DNA from: Candidatus Omnitrophota bacterium
GTDB taxonomy: Bacteria; Omnitrophota; Gorgyraeia; Gygaellales; Profunditerraquicolaceae
Direction of reading: 5' to 3'
NCBI GenBank assembly: GCA_023228185.1
Contig: JALOBQ010000002.1
Span: 1 to 37,614, forward strand
DNA: 37,614 nucleotides
Shown here: piece after piece, positions 1-10,697 of the stretch
Position numbering within the stretch: position 1 is the first letter of the stretch
How the letters are laid out: each line of letters starts with the position of its first letter
Notes under the pieces: generated by a model
What the model was told of the DNA's origin: nothing
The model's input: only the letters and a program-made list of their open reading frames with translations
The model's database searches: none
Position numbers and translations under genes: made by a program

Positions 1-1268
1 TCGATAATCTCCTGCTTAGGTAAATATAGCGCGACTTTGGCCGGAGAATATTCTTTGATCTTTTTTAATAAAAGCTCGGCGTTAATTCCCGCGATCGGTT
101 GCTCGCTGGCCGCGTAAATATCCGTAATGATCAAGATATCCAGGCTTTCAAAAGCTCTTGAGAATTCCTCTAAAAGCAACTGTGTGCGGCTATAGCGATG
201 CGGCTGGAAAATACCGATCCTTCTTTTTGCTTTTAGTTTCGCCAATGCCGCTAAAGTCGCTTTTATCTCCGAAGGATGGTGGGCGTAATCATCCAAAAGC
301 AGGTAACGCTCATCCTGGAATTTAATTTCCAGCCTGCGCAACGCACCCTGATAAGTCAAAAGCGCTTTTTTAATAATTTTCAAATCGATCCCTAACTCTA
401 AACCTAGGCCAATCACAGCTAAAGCGTTGGAAATATTATGTTCGCCGCCTAAAGCCAAATTAAACTTAGCTACGCGTTTCTTAGAATGGAAACAGTCAAA
501 AGAGGAACTCAACCCGGAAAACTTGATCTGCGCGGCGTAAATATCCGCCGAAGGGTCTAATCCAAATGACTTATACTTGCCGGAATACGTTGCAAGCATC
601 CGTTTTAAGTTAGCATCGTCGGAACAGGCAAAAAGCACGCCTTTTTTGCTCGTCTTATTCATAAAATCGCTGAATGCCTTAAGCTCATTCTCAAAAGTTC
701 CGTAATAATCCAAATGCTCGCGGTCAATATTGGTAATAATCGAATACGCCGGCTGATAATGTAAAAACGAACCGTCTGATTCATCGGCTTCTGCCACGAA
801 GAAATCGCTTTTACCCAGGCAAGCGTTAGCGTCAATATTTTTCAGTATCCCGCCGATTGCCACGCTTGGGCAAAGCCCGGCTTCAATCAACAGATGCGAA
901 ACAAGTGAAGTCGTAGTTGTCTTGCCATGGCTACCGGCTATGGTAATCGCGGTTTTATCAAGCATTAATTGCGCCAGAGCCTGCGCGCGCTTGATCAAGG
1001 GGATATTTTTTTTCTTGCCTTCTTGCATCTCCGGATTATCCAATTTAATTGCGGAAGAATAAACGATTAGGTCCTGGTTTTGGATATTATCCTGATGATG
1101 GCCGATAAAAATTTCCGCGCCTGCTAATTTCAACTGCCCTGTCGCGCGGCTTTCCTTGATATCCGAACCCGTTACGCTAAAACCACGTTTTAAGAATAGG
1201 CCCGCGATCCCGCTCATGCCGATCCCGCCAATACCGATAAAATGTATTTTCTTGCTCTTTTTATTCAT
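1..1268 (-). CDS. murC: UDP-N-acetylmuramate--L-alanine ligase MurC (3' end runs off window)
   Basis: Absent from the ORF track because it is truncated by the window edge. My own translation from the ATG at 1268..1266 gives MNKKSKKIHFIGIGGIGMSGIAGLFLKRGFSVTGSD..., a Mur-ligase N-terminal GxGGxG fold. It follows murG as in the canonical dcw order. Confidence 0.85.
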   Translation of the reverse strand, partial: MNKKSKKIHFIGIGGIGMSGIAGLFLKRGFSVTGSDIKESRATGQLKLAGAEIFIGHHQDNIQNQDLIVYSSAIKLDNPEMQEGKKKNIPLIKRAQALAQLMLDKTAITIAGSHGKTTTTSLVSHLLIEAGLCPSVAIGGILKNIDANACLGKSDFFVAEADESDGSFLHYQPAYSIITNIDREHLDYYGTFENELKAFSDFMNKTSKKGVLFACSDDANLKRMLATYSGKYKSFGLDPSADIYAAQIKFSGLSSSFDCFHSKKRVAKFNLALGGEHNISNALAVIGLGLELGIDLKIIKKALLTYQGALRRLEIKFQDERYLLLDDYAHHPSEIKATLAALAKLKAKRRIGIFQPHRYSRTQLLLEEFSRAFESLDILIITDIYAASEQPIAGINAELLLKKIKEYSPAKVALYLPKQEII

Positions 1269-1304
1269 TGATTTCCTTGAAATCTTTTACAAAAAAACTT
1301 AAAT

Positions 1305-2393
1305 TCACAAAACACCAAGTTTTATCACCTCTAAAGCGAGTTTCTCTGCGGCATCTGAACTTGGAAATTTTTTATAACCCTGGCGCATCAAGCTTAATTT
1401 TTGCGGTGAATTAATTAAACCACTGAGTGCATCTTTTAAAGTTAAGCCGGAAAGTTTCGCGTCTTCGATAATTATCGCGCATGACTGATCCGCTAAAACT
1501 TTCGCGTTTGCCATTTGATGGCCGTAAGCGTAAGGATACGGCAAGAGCACAGCCGGCAGGCTAAAAAATATCAGCTCGCTGATGGTGATCGCACCGGCGC
1601 GGCAGATTACCAAATCAGCCGCGCTGTAGGCAAATTGCATCTGGGAAAAAAAATCAAATACCCGCGCGTTTACTTTTTCATTAGTGTAGCGGTTAACCAA
1701 AGCCTCTCGATCGTTTTTACCGCTTAAATGAATAACCTGCAAATTTTCTTTTCCCGGCAACGTGGTAATAGCGTCGGCGAACACGGAATTAATTTTACCG
1801 CTCCCCTGGCTGCCGCCTACAACAAGGATCGTAAACTTTTCGCTTTTTAAACTAAAATGCGCGGCGGCAATCTCCGGCTCAACTATTTTCATAGCCTCGC
1901 GTAAAGGATTACCGGTTAAAATTATTTTCTCGCGCCTAACCTTAAGCCCGGCAATGGTTTGTTCAAAAGATAGCGCGACTCTGTCTACGAATTTAGCCAA
2001 TAACCTATTGGCTTTACCGGCAATAACATTCTGCTCATGGATAACCGTCTTTATCCTGAACAACCAGGCGCAAAAAACCATGCCTAGCGAATCCAAGCTG
2101 CCGAAACCAACTACGATATCCGCTTTAAAATCAAGCATCACTTTTAAATCTTCAAAAAAAGCTTTCGCTAATCCATAAAGGCTTAAAATAGAAACGCGGT
2201 TAAACGCTAAAGTCAAACGCGGGCTATTGCTGTAAACAACAGTATAATTTGTCGCCCCTAATGATATTTTGCTCCGCTTTGGCAGCATTAAGAGTAACTC
2301 TGCTTGAGGCTCGAGCAGTTTGATTGATTGCGCAAGGCTTGCCGCGGGGAAAATATGCCCGCCGCTTGCGCCGGTAACAATAAAAACTTTCAT
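1305..2393 (-). CDS. murG: Undecaprenyldiphospho-muramoylpentapeptide beta-N-acetylglucosaminyltransferase MurG
   Basis: 362 aa with the N-terminal TGASGGHIFPA glycine loop typical of MurG. The ATG overlaps the ftsW stop by 1 nt. dcw context. Confidence 0.93.
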   Translation of the reverse strand: MKVFIVTGASGGHIFPAASLAQSIKLLEPQAELLLMLPKRSKISLGATNYTVVYSNSPRLTLAFNRVSILSLYGLAKAFFEDLKVMLDFKADIVVGFGSLDSLGMVFCAWLFRIKTVIHEQNVIAGKANRLLAKFVDRVALSFEQTIAGLKVRREKIILTGNPLREAMKIVEPEIAAAHFSLKSEKFTILVVGGSQGSGKINSVFADAITTLPGKENLQVIHLSGKNDREALVNRYTNEKVNARVFDFFSQMQFAYSAADLVICRAGAITISELIFFSLPAVLLPYPYAYGHQMANAKVLADQSCAIIIEDAKLSGLTLKDALSGLINSPQKLSLMRQGYKKFPSSDAAEKLALEVIKLGVL

Positions 2394-3487
2394 TAAGGAT
2401 AATCCCCTGTGCGCGCTATATTAATTAAAATTCCCACACTGACCATATCCAATATTAAAGATGAACCGCCATAACTGATAAAAGGTAAAGGTAATCCTTT
2501 AGTGGGAAATAAACCGCAGGATACGCAAATATTGATTATCGCCCGCAAAGAAATCAACAAAACTAACCCTAAAGCCAGAAAATAACCGAATTTATCCGGC
2601 GCGTTCTTGATAATTCTTAATCCCTGGCGGATAAAAACCATAAATAGAATAATTATCCCCAGCGTGCCTAAAAGCCCAAGTTCCTCGCCGATAATCGAAA
2701 AAATAAAATCCGTGTGCGCCGCGGGTAAATAAAACAATTTCTGTTTTGAGTGGCCCAAACCTAGGCCGAAGAATCCACCGCTTCCAATAGCCACCTGTGA
2801 CTGGATCACTTGAAAACCACTACCTTGAGGGTCAACCCAAGGATTGATAAAAGACATTACGCGCGCCCTGCGGTAAGGTACGCTAAAAACTAAAAGATAA
2901 ATCGCCGGTAAACTCGCTAAGATCAATCCTAGAAGATACCTGCCGCGCACCCCGGCAACAAAAAGCATAATTAATGCCACGCTGCCCAAAGCAATGGTTG
3001 TGCCCAGGTCAGGCTGTAAAAGAATTAATACCGATGCCGCTGCTAAAACGCAAATCGGCGGAAGAAACCCTTTTAAAAACGTTTTGATCTGACCGGCTTT
3101 ACGACAAACAAAATCAGCGATATAGACAATCAACGCTAAATTAACCAATTCCGAAGGCTGAAAACTTAAAAAATAAAATCTGAACCAGCGTTGAGCGCCG
3201 CTTACTTCGCGGCCTAACCCCGGAATCAATACTAAAACTAAAAGCAATAAAGAAATACCTAAAAACGGCCGCGCGATTTTTTTAAAAGAACGGTAATCAA
3301 AAAGCATTACCAAAAACGTTAAAATGCCGCCTACCGCTAAAAAAACCAGATGCCTTTTCAAAAAATAGAAACTGTCGTGATATTTTTCCCAGGCGTAGAT
3401 GCTCGAGGAGCTGTAAATCATCACAATGCCAATGCAAATTAAAATCACTGATACCGTGAATAAACTAATCCGCAAACGCCTGATCAT
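2393..3487 (-). CDS. ftsW: SEDS-family peptidoglycan glycosyltransferase FtsW
   Basis: 364 aa polytopic membrane protein with the FQPSEL motif. Sits between murD and murG. Confidence 0.9.
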   Translation of the reverse strand: MIRRLRISLFTVSVILICIGIVMIYSSSSIYAWEKYHDSFYFLKRHLVFLAVGGILTFLVMLFDYRSFKKIARPFLGISLLLLVLVLIPGLGREVSGAQRWFRFYFLSFQPSELVNLALIVYIADFVCRKAGQIKTFLKGFLPPICVLAAASVLILLQPDLGTTIALGSVALIMLFVAGVRGRYLLGLILASLPAIYLLVFSVPYRRARVMSFINPWVDPQGSGFQVIQSQVAIGSGGFFGLGLGHSKQKLFYLPAAHTDFIFSIIGEELGLLGTLGIIILFMVFIRQGLRIIKNAPDKFGYFLALGLVLLISLRAIINICVSCGLFPTKGLPLPFISYGGSSLILDMVSVGILINIARTGDYP

Positions 3488-3492
3488 AAGCT

Positions 3493-4761
3493 TTACTTTC
3501 TTTTAGCCAGTTCTAAAACTATTCTTTTAAACTCCCTGCCGCGTTCTTCATAATCCTTAAACATATCGAAACTTGAACACATCGGAGAAAATAACACGCA
3601 CTCTCCAGGGCAAGCCTTGGCAAAAGCCGCTTTCACCGCATTTTCCAAAGAATCCGCCTGCTCAGTTTTAATTTTAGCATCAAAAGCAGCGGCAATTTTA
3701 GTTTTTGCTTCACCTAAAAGAATTGCCTGCTTGATCTTAGCCGCGGCAGCTTCTTTGATGATCAGGTTGTAATCTACGCCCTTATCTCTGCCTCCGGCAA
3801 TCAGCACGATCGGTGAAGTGATATTATTTATTGCCCAAAGCGCCGAATCCACGGTAGTTGCTTTGGAATCATTAATAAATCTTACGCCATTGATCAAAGC
3901 AACAAATTCCATACGGTGCTCAATGCCTGAAAACTCCTGGAAAACTTTCCTCACTGTTTTCTCGTCTAACTTAAGGATCTTCCCCACGCAAAGCACTGCC
4001 GCCTGATTAGGATCAAGCCCCGGTTCTTTTTTAAAAAAAACCACATTTGCCTTTGCTAATTTTGGCAGATTCTCTAAAGCCGGATCAGCAGAGCCAAGCA
4101 GCAAAAAATCATCTTTATCCTGATTAATAAATATGCGCTGCTTTGCCAAAGCATATTCCTGCATATTATTATAGTGATCCAAATGATTAAGGGTGACATT
4201 TAAAATCAGGGCAATCCTCGGCTTAAATTCCCTGATTGTTTCAAGCTGGAAAGAACTCACTTCTAAAACCAGATAATCTTCGGGCTGGATACTTTCCACC
4301 ACAGCGCTGAAAGGATTGCCGATATTTCCGCAGACAAACGCGCGCTTGCCGCAAGCCTTAAGCATCAAGCCAATCAGCGTGGTAACCGTGGTTTTGCCGT
4401 TAGAACCGGTAACAGCAATAATTTCCGCAGGACAAAGAATACTCGCTACCTCTATCTCGCTGATCACTGGTATGCCTAATTGCTTTGCCCAAATAAAAGG
4501 TTCTGCCCCTGCCGGCACGCCGGGAGAAGCAACAATCAAATCGCTATCAATCACAAAATCTCTGCTGTGCCGGCCAAGTTCAACCTGAATTTCGAGGGAT
4601 TTAAGTTTTAGTATGTTGGCGCTGGTCTGCTGGTTATCAGCACTGTCCGATACGCGCACTTTAGCGCCCAAAGAATATAAAAGATTAGCGCAGGCCAGCC
4701 CTGAACGGGCAAAACCGATAATCGTGATTTTCTTATTTTTAAAATATCCGCTATTACGCAT
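3493..4761 (-). CDS. murD: UDP-N-acetylmuramoylalanine--D-glutamate ligase MurD
   Basis: Carries the GFARSG Rossmann start and the VTGSNGKTT P-loop. The ORF track extends to 4827, but that start overlaps mraY by 58 nt. The ATG at 4761 (MRNSGYFKNKKITIIGFARSG) lies 8 nt after the mraY TAA and fits the homologous N-terminus. Confidence 0.9.
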   Translation of the reverse strand: MRNSGYFKNKKITIIGFARSGLACANLLYSLGAKVRVSDSADNQQTSANILKLKSLEIQVELGRHSRDFVIDSDLIVASPGVPAGAEPFIWAKQLGIPVISEIEVASILCPAEIIAVTGSNGKTTVTTLIGLMLKACGKRAFVCGNIGNPFSAVVESIQPEDYLVLEVSSFQLETIREFKPRIALILNVTLNHLDHYNNMQEYALAKQRIFINQDKDDFLLLGSADPALENLPKLAKANVVFFKKEPGLDPNQAAVLCVGKILKLDEKTVRKVFQEFSGIEHRMEFVALINGVRFINDSKATTVDSALWAINNITSPIVLIAGGRDKGVDYNLIIKEAAAAKIKQAILLGEAKTKIAAAFDAKIKTEQADSLENAVKAAFAKACPGECVLFSPMCSSFDMFKDYEERGREFKRIVLELAKRK

Positions 4762-4769
4762 AGGATTGT

Positions 4770-5858
4770 TTAACGGATCTTCAAAGTTACCAAGGTCAAC
4801 ACAGCAAGTAATCCGGCGATGATCCAAAAACGCACGATTACTTTATTTTCCGGCCAATTAAGAAACTGGAAGTGATGGTGCAGCGGGGCAATTTTGAAAA
4901 TACGTCTTTTAGTTAACTTGAACGAAGCAACCTGTAAGATCACGGAAAGCGCCTCAATCACAAATATGCCGCCGACAATAATCAACAATAATTCTTTTTT
5001 GATCAATAAAGCAACCGTGCCGATCGCCCCGCCTAAAGCAAGCGAACCGACATCGCCCATAAAAATAGTCGCCGGATAACAATTAAACCAGAGAAAACCC
5101 AAACCCGCTCCCACGATTGACGCGCAAAATACGGCTAGCTCACCGCTGCCGCGGATATAAGGAACAAGCAGATAGTTACTTAAATTAAAATTCCCGGAAA
5201 CATAACAAAGAATACTGAAAGCAACCGCAACCATCACCACGATTCCGATTGCCAGGCCGTCTAAACCATCGGTAAGATTAACCGCGTTTGAAGAACCAGC
5301 AATTACCAGAATCACGAATAATACATACAAACCGTCTAAATCAAAAGAAACATCCTTTAAAAAAGGCAGGTCCAGTTTGACATTACTTTGAGCGCCGAGC
5401 AGAATGATTAGGCCAATGATCAGCCCGAGCACGATCTGACTGCTCAATTTAACAGTGGCGCTGATGCCCTTGGATTTTTTCTTAACCTGTTTAAGATAAT
5501 CGTCGATAAAACCAGTAGCCCCCAGCCAAATCATACTTAAGAGAACAATCCAAATATTACGATTAGTTACGTCAGCCCAAATCAAAGTAGAAACAACTAC
5601 CGTCCCCAGGATAAGTATCCCTCCCATAGTGGGGGTATCCTGCTTATGGCGGTGCAAGTCATCTAATTTGGCGGAATCATCCTTATTAATCTTCTCGCCA
5701 ATCTTTAAAGTTTTAAGTTTATTGATTAAAATCGGGCCAAAAATAAGGCTGAGGATAAAAGCGGTGAGCGCGGCCATCACCGCGCGGAAGGTAATATAAC
5801 GAAAAATATTAAAAGCCGAAACAAAATCCCGTAAAGGATATAGTAGATTATAAAACAT
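4770..5858 (-). CDS. mraY: Phospho-N-acetylmuramoyl-pentapeptide transferase MraY
   Basis: 362 aa membrane protein with the NAVNLTDGLDGLA motif. dcw context. Confidence 0.95.
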   Translation of the reverse strand: MFYNLLYPLRDFVSAFNIFRYITFRAVMAALTAFILSLIFGPILINKLKTLKIGEKINKDDSAKLDDLHRHKQDTPTMGGILILGTVVVSTLIWADVTNRNIWIVLLSMIWLGATGFIDDYLKQVKKKSKGISATVKLSSQIVLGLIIGLIILLGAQSNVKLDLPFLKDVSFDLDGLYVLFVILVIAGSSNAVNLTDGLDGLAIGIVVMVAVAFSILCYVSGNFNLSNYLLVPYIRGSGELAVFCASIVGAGLGFLWFNCYPATIFMGDVGSLALGGAIGTVALLIKKELLLIIVGGIFVIEALSVILQVASFKLTKRRIFKIAPLHHHFQFLNWPENKVIVRFWIIAGLLAVLTLVTLKIR

Positions 5859-7216
5859 TAAACCTTAAATACCTCTTCCATGCGCATGCCGCGCGAACCT
5901 TTAACCAAAATTAAGTCATTACCGCGTAAGCCGATTTTATTAAAAACCAACTCTTGCGCAAGTTTACTATTTTTGCAATAAAATATATTTTCTTTTTTAA
6001 ACCCTTTACGCCTGGCAGAAATAGCCGTTAATCGCGCCAACTTCCCGCAGGCAATAAAAAGGTCACAACTATTAGTTATACTACCAGCGATTTCTTTATG
6101 CAATGATTCTTTTTGCGCGCCTAATTCGAACATATCCCCCATCAGAAAAACCTTCCTGCCTGATACGCTTGTCGCTTTTAATGTTTCCAACGCGCTGCGC
6201 ACGGATAAGGGGTTAGCGTTATAGGTATCGTCGATAAAATTCAAACCGCGCAGTTTCAAGAAATTCAGCCTGCCTTTGGGAAAATTGAAATTCCGCAAAA
6301 CGGCGGAAATTTGCGTATAATGAAAACCTAAAATCCGGCCTAGAGCAATCGCGGCAAGCGCGTTATAGATATTTTGCTTGCCCAGAGTATTCAGCACGAA
6401 CTTTCCCTTTCCATTTACCCTGAAATGAAGCTTACCGGCCTTGAGTTCTATTTTGTCAGCTTTAAAATCCGCCTTGCTATTGATCGCGAAACTAAAAACC
6501 GGATAATCTAAATTATTTTTACGGATTATTTTATTTAAATAACCGTCATCGGCGTTCAGCACAGCTATGCGCGGACCTTTAAGATTGCTTAAAAGCGAGG
6601 TTTTTTCCTTAAAGACCCCCTGCAAATTTTTAAAAAATTCCAGATGCGCCGGGCCGATATTAGTGATCACCCCTATCTGCGGCAGGCAAATATCAGAGAG
6701 GTATTTGACTTCTCCGAAATGATTAGTGCCAATTTCTAAAACAGCGTAATCATGCCGCTGGTTGATCTTTGATAATGTTTCCGGCAGGCCGATATGATTA
6801 TTTTTAGTGCCTTCATTTTTAAGCACCTTTGCTTTAGCGCAAAGCACGCTGGCAATCATATCTTTGGTAGTGGTCTTGCCGTTTGAACCGCTTACCGCGA
6901 TTACCGGCAAATTGAATTTCCGGCGCTGGAAACGAGCGATATCGCCGAAGGCACGCGTTGAATCTGGAACTTTAATCACTGCGATCGACCGGGGCGCGGT
7001 AAAATTGATTCGTTGGCAGATCAGGCAACCGGCTTTGATGCGTATCGCCTTAACGATAAAATCATGGCCGTCAAAATTTTTCCCGCAAAGCGCCAGAAAA
7101 GCTTCGCCTTCTTTTAGTTTACGCGTATCCGTACAAATTCGAGAAATGGCCTTCTTGGGCTCACCCTGAATAAGTTTGCCTGCCGTAGCCTCAATTAACT
7201 GGCTGACTTTAAACAT
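5858..7216 (-). CDS. murF: UDP-N-acetylmuramoyl-tripeptide--D-alanyl-D-alanine ligase MurF
   Basis: 452 aa with the VSGSNGKTTTKDM P-loop. Position between murE and mraY. Confidence 0.93.
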   Translation of the reverse strand: MFKVSQLIEATAGKLIQGEPKKAISRICTDTRKLKEGEAFLALCGKNFDGHDFIVKAIRIKAGCLICQRINFTAPRSIAVIKVPDSTRAFGDIARFQRRKFNLPVIAVSGSNGKTTTKDMIASVLCAKAKVLKNEGTKNNHIGLPETLSKINQRHDYAVLEIGTNHFGEVKYLSDICLPQIGVITNIGPAHLEFFKNLQGVFKEKTSLLSNLKGPRIAVLNADDGYLNKIIRKNNLDYPVFSFAINSKADFKADKIELKAGKLHFRVNGKGKFVLNTLGKQNIYNALAAIALGRILGFHYTQISAVLRNFNFPKGRLNFLKLRGLNFIDDTYNANPLSVRSALETLKATSVSGRKVFLMGDMFELGAQKESLHKEIAGSITNSCDLFIACGKLARLTAISARRKGFKKENIFYCKNSKLAQELVFNKIGLRGNDLILVKGSRGMRMEEVFKV

Positions 7217-8607
7217 TTATTTATTTCCTCTCGGTCGTCAAAATGCGATGTTCTATTACCGATAATTTGATAATCCTCATGCCCTTTACCGGCAACTAAA
7301 AGTATATCCTCCCTACCCACCAGGCTCAAACCGGCCTTAATCGCCTTGGCACGGTCAACAATAACGCGAAAGTTATTTTTCCGCAGGCCGGCCTTAATTT
7401 GCCGGATAATCTCCATTGGATCTTCAGAACGCGGATTGTCATTGGTAATAATCAAATAATCGGCTAAACTTTCAGCAACCCGGCCCATCTTCGGCCTTTT
7501 GCCTTTATCTCTCTGCCCGCCGCAACCAAAGATAACCACGATTTTTCCCGCGCAAAGCGGCCTTAACGCAGTCAACACGTTAAACAAAGCATCGTCAGTA
7601 TGAGCGTAATCCACAAAAACATTCTTACTCTTTAGAGAACCAACCCGCTCCAGCCTTCCCGGCGGCGCGTTAAACTTCTTTAGCGCTTTGCTGATTACTT
7701 TCAGGCTGATCCCGGCGCCTAAGCCCCAAGCTATCGCCGCCAGCAAATTATAAATATTATGTCCGCCGATTAATTTACTTTTAATTTTTAATTTCCCCCC
7801 CGGAGAAACCAGCGTGAATTCCGTCCCTTGAATGCCATACTTGATATGCTTTGCCATAACCGCGGCCTTATTTTTAATGCCATAAGTTATTAATTTAGCC
7901 GAGGTTAATTTTTGCAACCTGCGGCCAAACGGGCAATCAGTATTGATCACCGCGTAGGCTTTCTTTGAAAGCCCGGCGAACAATTTAACTTTCGCTTGAA
8001 AATAATTTTCCATATTTTTATGATAATCCAGGTGGTCGCGGGTAAGATTAGTAAAAATCGCTGATTGGAACTTAACGCCGGCCACTCTTTGCTGATCAAG
8101 GGCATGCGATGACACTTCCATCGCGCAATAGGGCGTTTTAGTTTTTAACATTCCGGCAAGGATATCATTCAATTCCACCGGCCCGGGAGTAGTATTTTTG
8201 GCTTTAAAAATTTTATTGGCGTAGCGGTAATTGACTGTGCCGATTACCCCGCATTTTTTGCGGTTTTCTTTTAATATCGTTTCCAATAAATAAGCGATAG
8301 TGGTTTTACCGTTAGTGCCGGTAATCCCGGCGACAATCATTTTCTCCGACGGATATCCATAAAACTGGCTGGCTTTTTGCGCTAGATAAACCCGCGCGTC
8401 CTTTACCTCCAGGAATTTTACGCCCTGAAAAGCCCCGCCCTTGGGCTTTTTGCCCTGCAGAACAATCAAAGAGGCTTTCTTATTTACCGCCTCACGGATA
8501 AAACGCCGGCCGTCCTGATAATTTCCATTAATTGCCACAAAAATAAAATCTTTTTTTATTAATCTTGAATTTGCGCTGATGCCACGGATATTTATAACGT
8601 TTTTCAT
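7195..8607 (-). CDS. murE: UDP-N-acetylmuramoyl-L-alanyl-D-glutamate--2,6-diaminopimelate ligase MurE
   Basis: 470 aa with the ITGTNGKTT P-loop and the DNPRSEDP motif near the C-terminus. Confidence 0.93.
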   Translation of the reverse strand: MKNVINIRGISANSRLIKKDFIFVAINGNYQDGRRFIREAVNKKASLIVLQGKKPKGGAFQGVKFLEVKDARVYLAQKASQFYGYPSEKMIVAGITGTNGKTTIAYLLETILKENRKKCGVIGTVNYRYANKIFKAKNTTPGPVELNDILAGMLKTKTPYCAMEVSSHALDQQRVAGVKFQSAIFTNLTRDHLDYHKNMENYFQAKVKLFAGLSKKAYAVINTDCPFGRRLQKLTSAKLITYGIKNKAAVMAKHIKYGIQGTEFTLVSPGGKLKIKSKLIGGHNIYNLLAAIAWGLGAGISLKVISKALKKFNAPPGRLERVGSLKSKNVFVDYAHTDDALFNVLTALRPLCAGKIVVIFGCGGQRDKGKRPKMGRVAESLADYLIITNDNPRSEDPMEIIRQIKAGLRKNNFRVIVDRAKAIKAGLSLVGREDILLVAGKGHEDYQIIGNRTSHFDDREEINKCLKSAS

Positions 8608-10307
8608 TGCGCAGGCGCCTCAACGGGTAATTCATTACTTTTAATATACCTGATCGCGTCGCCGGCAACCGCCTTAAACACAGGAGCCGCCACTACGCCG
8701 CCAAAATATATCGGATGCGGTTCGTCTATCGTTACCACAATCGCTAACAACGGGTCTTCAGCCGGCGCGAAACCGATAAATGAGCCGACGAATTTATTGT
8801 GCGAATAAGCGCCATTAGGCTCTAACTTCTGGGCGGTGCCGGTTTTTCCGGCGGCGCTAAAACCGGGAACTTTTCCCATTTTTCCCGTGCCTTGTTCAAC
8901 TACGCCGGTAAGAATTTTTCTGATCCGCGCGGCAGTATCCACGGAAATAACTTTGCGGATCAACACCGGGCTATTTTCTTTAATTATTTCCCCCTGTTTA
9001 TCGCGGATCGAATCCACGATATAAGGCCTCATCAACTGGCCGCCATTAGCAATCACCGATATCGCGCTGGCTAATTGCAACGCGGTTACCCCTACTTCCT
9101 GGCCCATGGGAATAGCCGAAATCGAAGTCTTCGACCAGAAACGCGGTTCTTTAATCATACCGGAAATCTCTCCGGATATATCAATACCTAATTTATTTCC
9201 AAATCCAAAGGCTTTAACATATCTGTAAAGAGCGTCTCCGCCTAAGATCTGAGCGGCTTTTACAGTGCCGATATTACTGGATTGTTCAATTACCTGGCGA
9301 AAAGTAAGATTACCGTGAGGCATATGGTCATGCAATACGCGGCCACCTACCTGATAAGTGCCATTGCCGCAGAAAAACACATCCTCTTCGGAAACTTTTT
9401 TTTCTTCTAAAACCGCGGAAGCTGTAACAATTTTAAAAACTGAACCCGGTTCAAATAAATCGCAAATCGCCCGGTTACGCATCGCCTCTTTACTCGTATG
9501 GGCATGGTTATCCAAATCATAAGTCGGCCGGCTTGCCATTGCCAGGATCCTTCCTGTGTGCGGGTCCATCACGACGATGCTAGCGCCCTTGGCGTTATAT
9601 TTACGGTAAGCCTTATCCAATTCCCGTTCGGCGATATATTGTATAACTTCATCAATAGTTAAAACAAGCTCCAGCCCGTCCTTGGGTAAAACCATTTTTT
9701 CCCAAATATCCAGTCTTTTCTGGCGGGCATCTCTTAAAAACAACGCCCAACCCGGTTCGCCTTTAAGGTATTTATCAAAATCTCTTTCCACTCCCTCTAA
9801 ACCGTTATTGTCCGTGCCGGCAAAACCAAGCACATGGCTGGCTAAATATCCATTCGGGTAAATACGTTTGCTTTCCTTTAAGAATCCCAAACCTTTGATT
9901 TTTAATTGTTTTACTGCTTCGGATTTGGCCGGCGGTAATTTACGCGCCAACCAGATAAAAGCTTTTTTCCTGTTTAACCTTTCCTTGAGAAAAGTTTCGT
10001 TGATACCCAGTATTCCTGATAATTGCGCCGCAATGCGCGGCTTATCGTTATCATTAATTATGCTCGGATTTGCGTATAATGAATCCATCGACATATTAAA
10101 CGCCTGCGGCCGCAGATTAGAATCATAGATCGTGCCGCGGCGCGGCTCAAGCTCGGTAAAAAGATTATGTTGCTTATCGGCTATTTGTTTTAAATACGCG
10201 GAGCGGAAAAACTGGATATAGAATATACGCAGGATGCAAAGAATGAGGATGGAAAGGAAAATCAGGAATACCGCCTCGCTTCTACGGCGATAGTTGCTTA
10301 TATACAC
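8604..10307 (-). CDS. ftsI: Class B penicillin-binding protein / peptidoglycan D,D-transpeptidase FtsI
   Basis: 567 aa with an N-terminal TM helix and the transpeptidase motifs SVFK (SxxK), SSN (SxN) and KTGT. dcw position. Confidence 0.92.
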   Translation of the reverse strand: MYISNYRRRSEAVFLIFLSILILCILRIFYIQFFRSAYLKQIADKQHNLFTELEPRRGTIYDSNLRPQAFNMSMDSLYANPSIINDNDKPRIAAQLSGILGINETFLKERLNRKKAFIWLARKLPPAKSEAVKQLKIKGLGFLKESKRIYPNGYLASHVLGFAGTDNNGLEGVERDFDKYLKGEPGWALFLRDARQKRLDIWEKMVLPKDGLELVLTIDEVIQYIAERELDKAYRKYNAKGASIVVMDPHTGRILAMASRPTYDLDNHAHTSKEAMRNRAICDLFEPGSVFKIVTASAVLEEKKVSEEDVFFCGNGTYQVGGRVLHDHMPHGNLTFRQVIEQSSNIGTVKAAQILGGDALYRYVKAFGFGNKLGIDISGEISGMIKEPRFWSKTSISAIPMGQEVGVTALQLASAISVIANGGQLMRPYIVDSIRDKQGEIIKENSPVLIRKVISVDTAARIRKILTGVVEQGTGKMGKVPGFSAAGKTGTAQKLEPNGAYSHNKFVGSFIGFAPAEDPLLAIVVTIDEPHPIYFGGVVAAPVFKAVAGDAIRYIKSNELPVEAPAQ

Positions 10308-10328
10308 AATTTATATAGGTAATAAATA

Positions 10329-10697
10329 TTAAGGGTTAATTGTTTTTGCCTGAGCTTCACGATTAATGCCAAAGATCCGCGAAAGCAAAGTCGGCCGGGA
10401 CCTTGAGATTTTAGCCACTTTAAGGCCGCCCCGGGAAGAGATAAACTTCACGAATCTATAACTATCCGGCATCTGAAAATCGCTGGAACCGGAAATTTTA
10501 TTGCCGATGCGCACTAACGAGGAATCCTTTTTAATATTATATTTCAGAACGGTATTTTTATCCATAATTTCATTAAAATAGACTTGTTTCTTCTGGCCCA
10601 GATAAGCTAAACGAAAAATCTCAGATTGCTGATAAACATAAAGCAGTGAGAATGAAGTAATAAATAACGTCAGCGATAGAAATTTTGTTAACCTCAT
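10329..10697 (-). CDS. ftsL: FtsL-like cell division protein (single N-terminal TM helix)
   Basis: 122 aa bitopic protein located between rsmH and ftsI, the conserved FtsL slot. There is no strong sequence motif, so the call is positional. Confidence 0.55.
   Translation of the reverse strand: MRLTKFLSLTLFITSFSLLYVYQQSEIFRLAYLGQKKQVYFNEIMDKNTVLKYNIKKDSSLVRIGNKISGSSDFQMPDSYRFVKFISSRGGLKVAKISRSRPTLLSRIFGINREAQAKTINP

Noticed and set aside
1515-2178. Plus-strand ORFs of 70 and 138 aa antisense to murG. Similar antisense ORFs occur at 6807-7169, 13122-13502, 21060-21398, 26634-26990, 28266-28610, 29372-29734 and 29855-30238.
   Set aside because: Each lies entirely inside a well-supported minus-strand gene. 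Their translations are low-complexity and Ser/Pro/Arg/Leu-rich, with no RBS or family resemblance. They look like ordinary antisense-frame artefacts.
4762-4827. A 22-codon N-terminal extension of murD in the ORF track (MDHRRITCCVDLGNFEDPLNNP).
   Set aside because: It would overlap mraY by 58 nt and has no counterpart in MurD. The ATG at 4761, just after the mraY stop, gives the conserved N-terminus.
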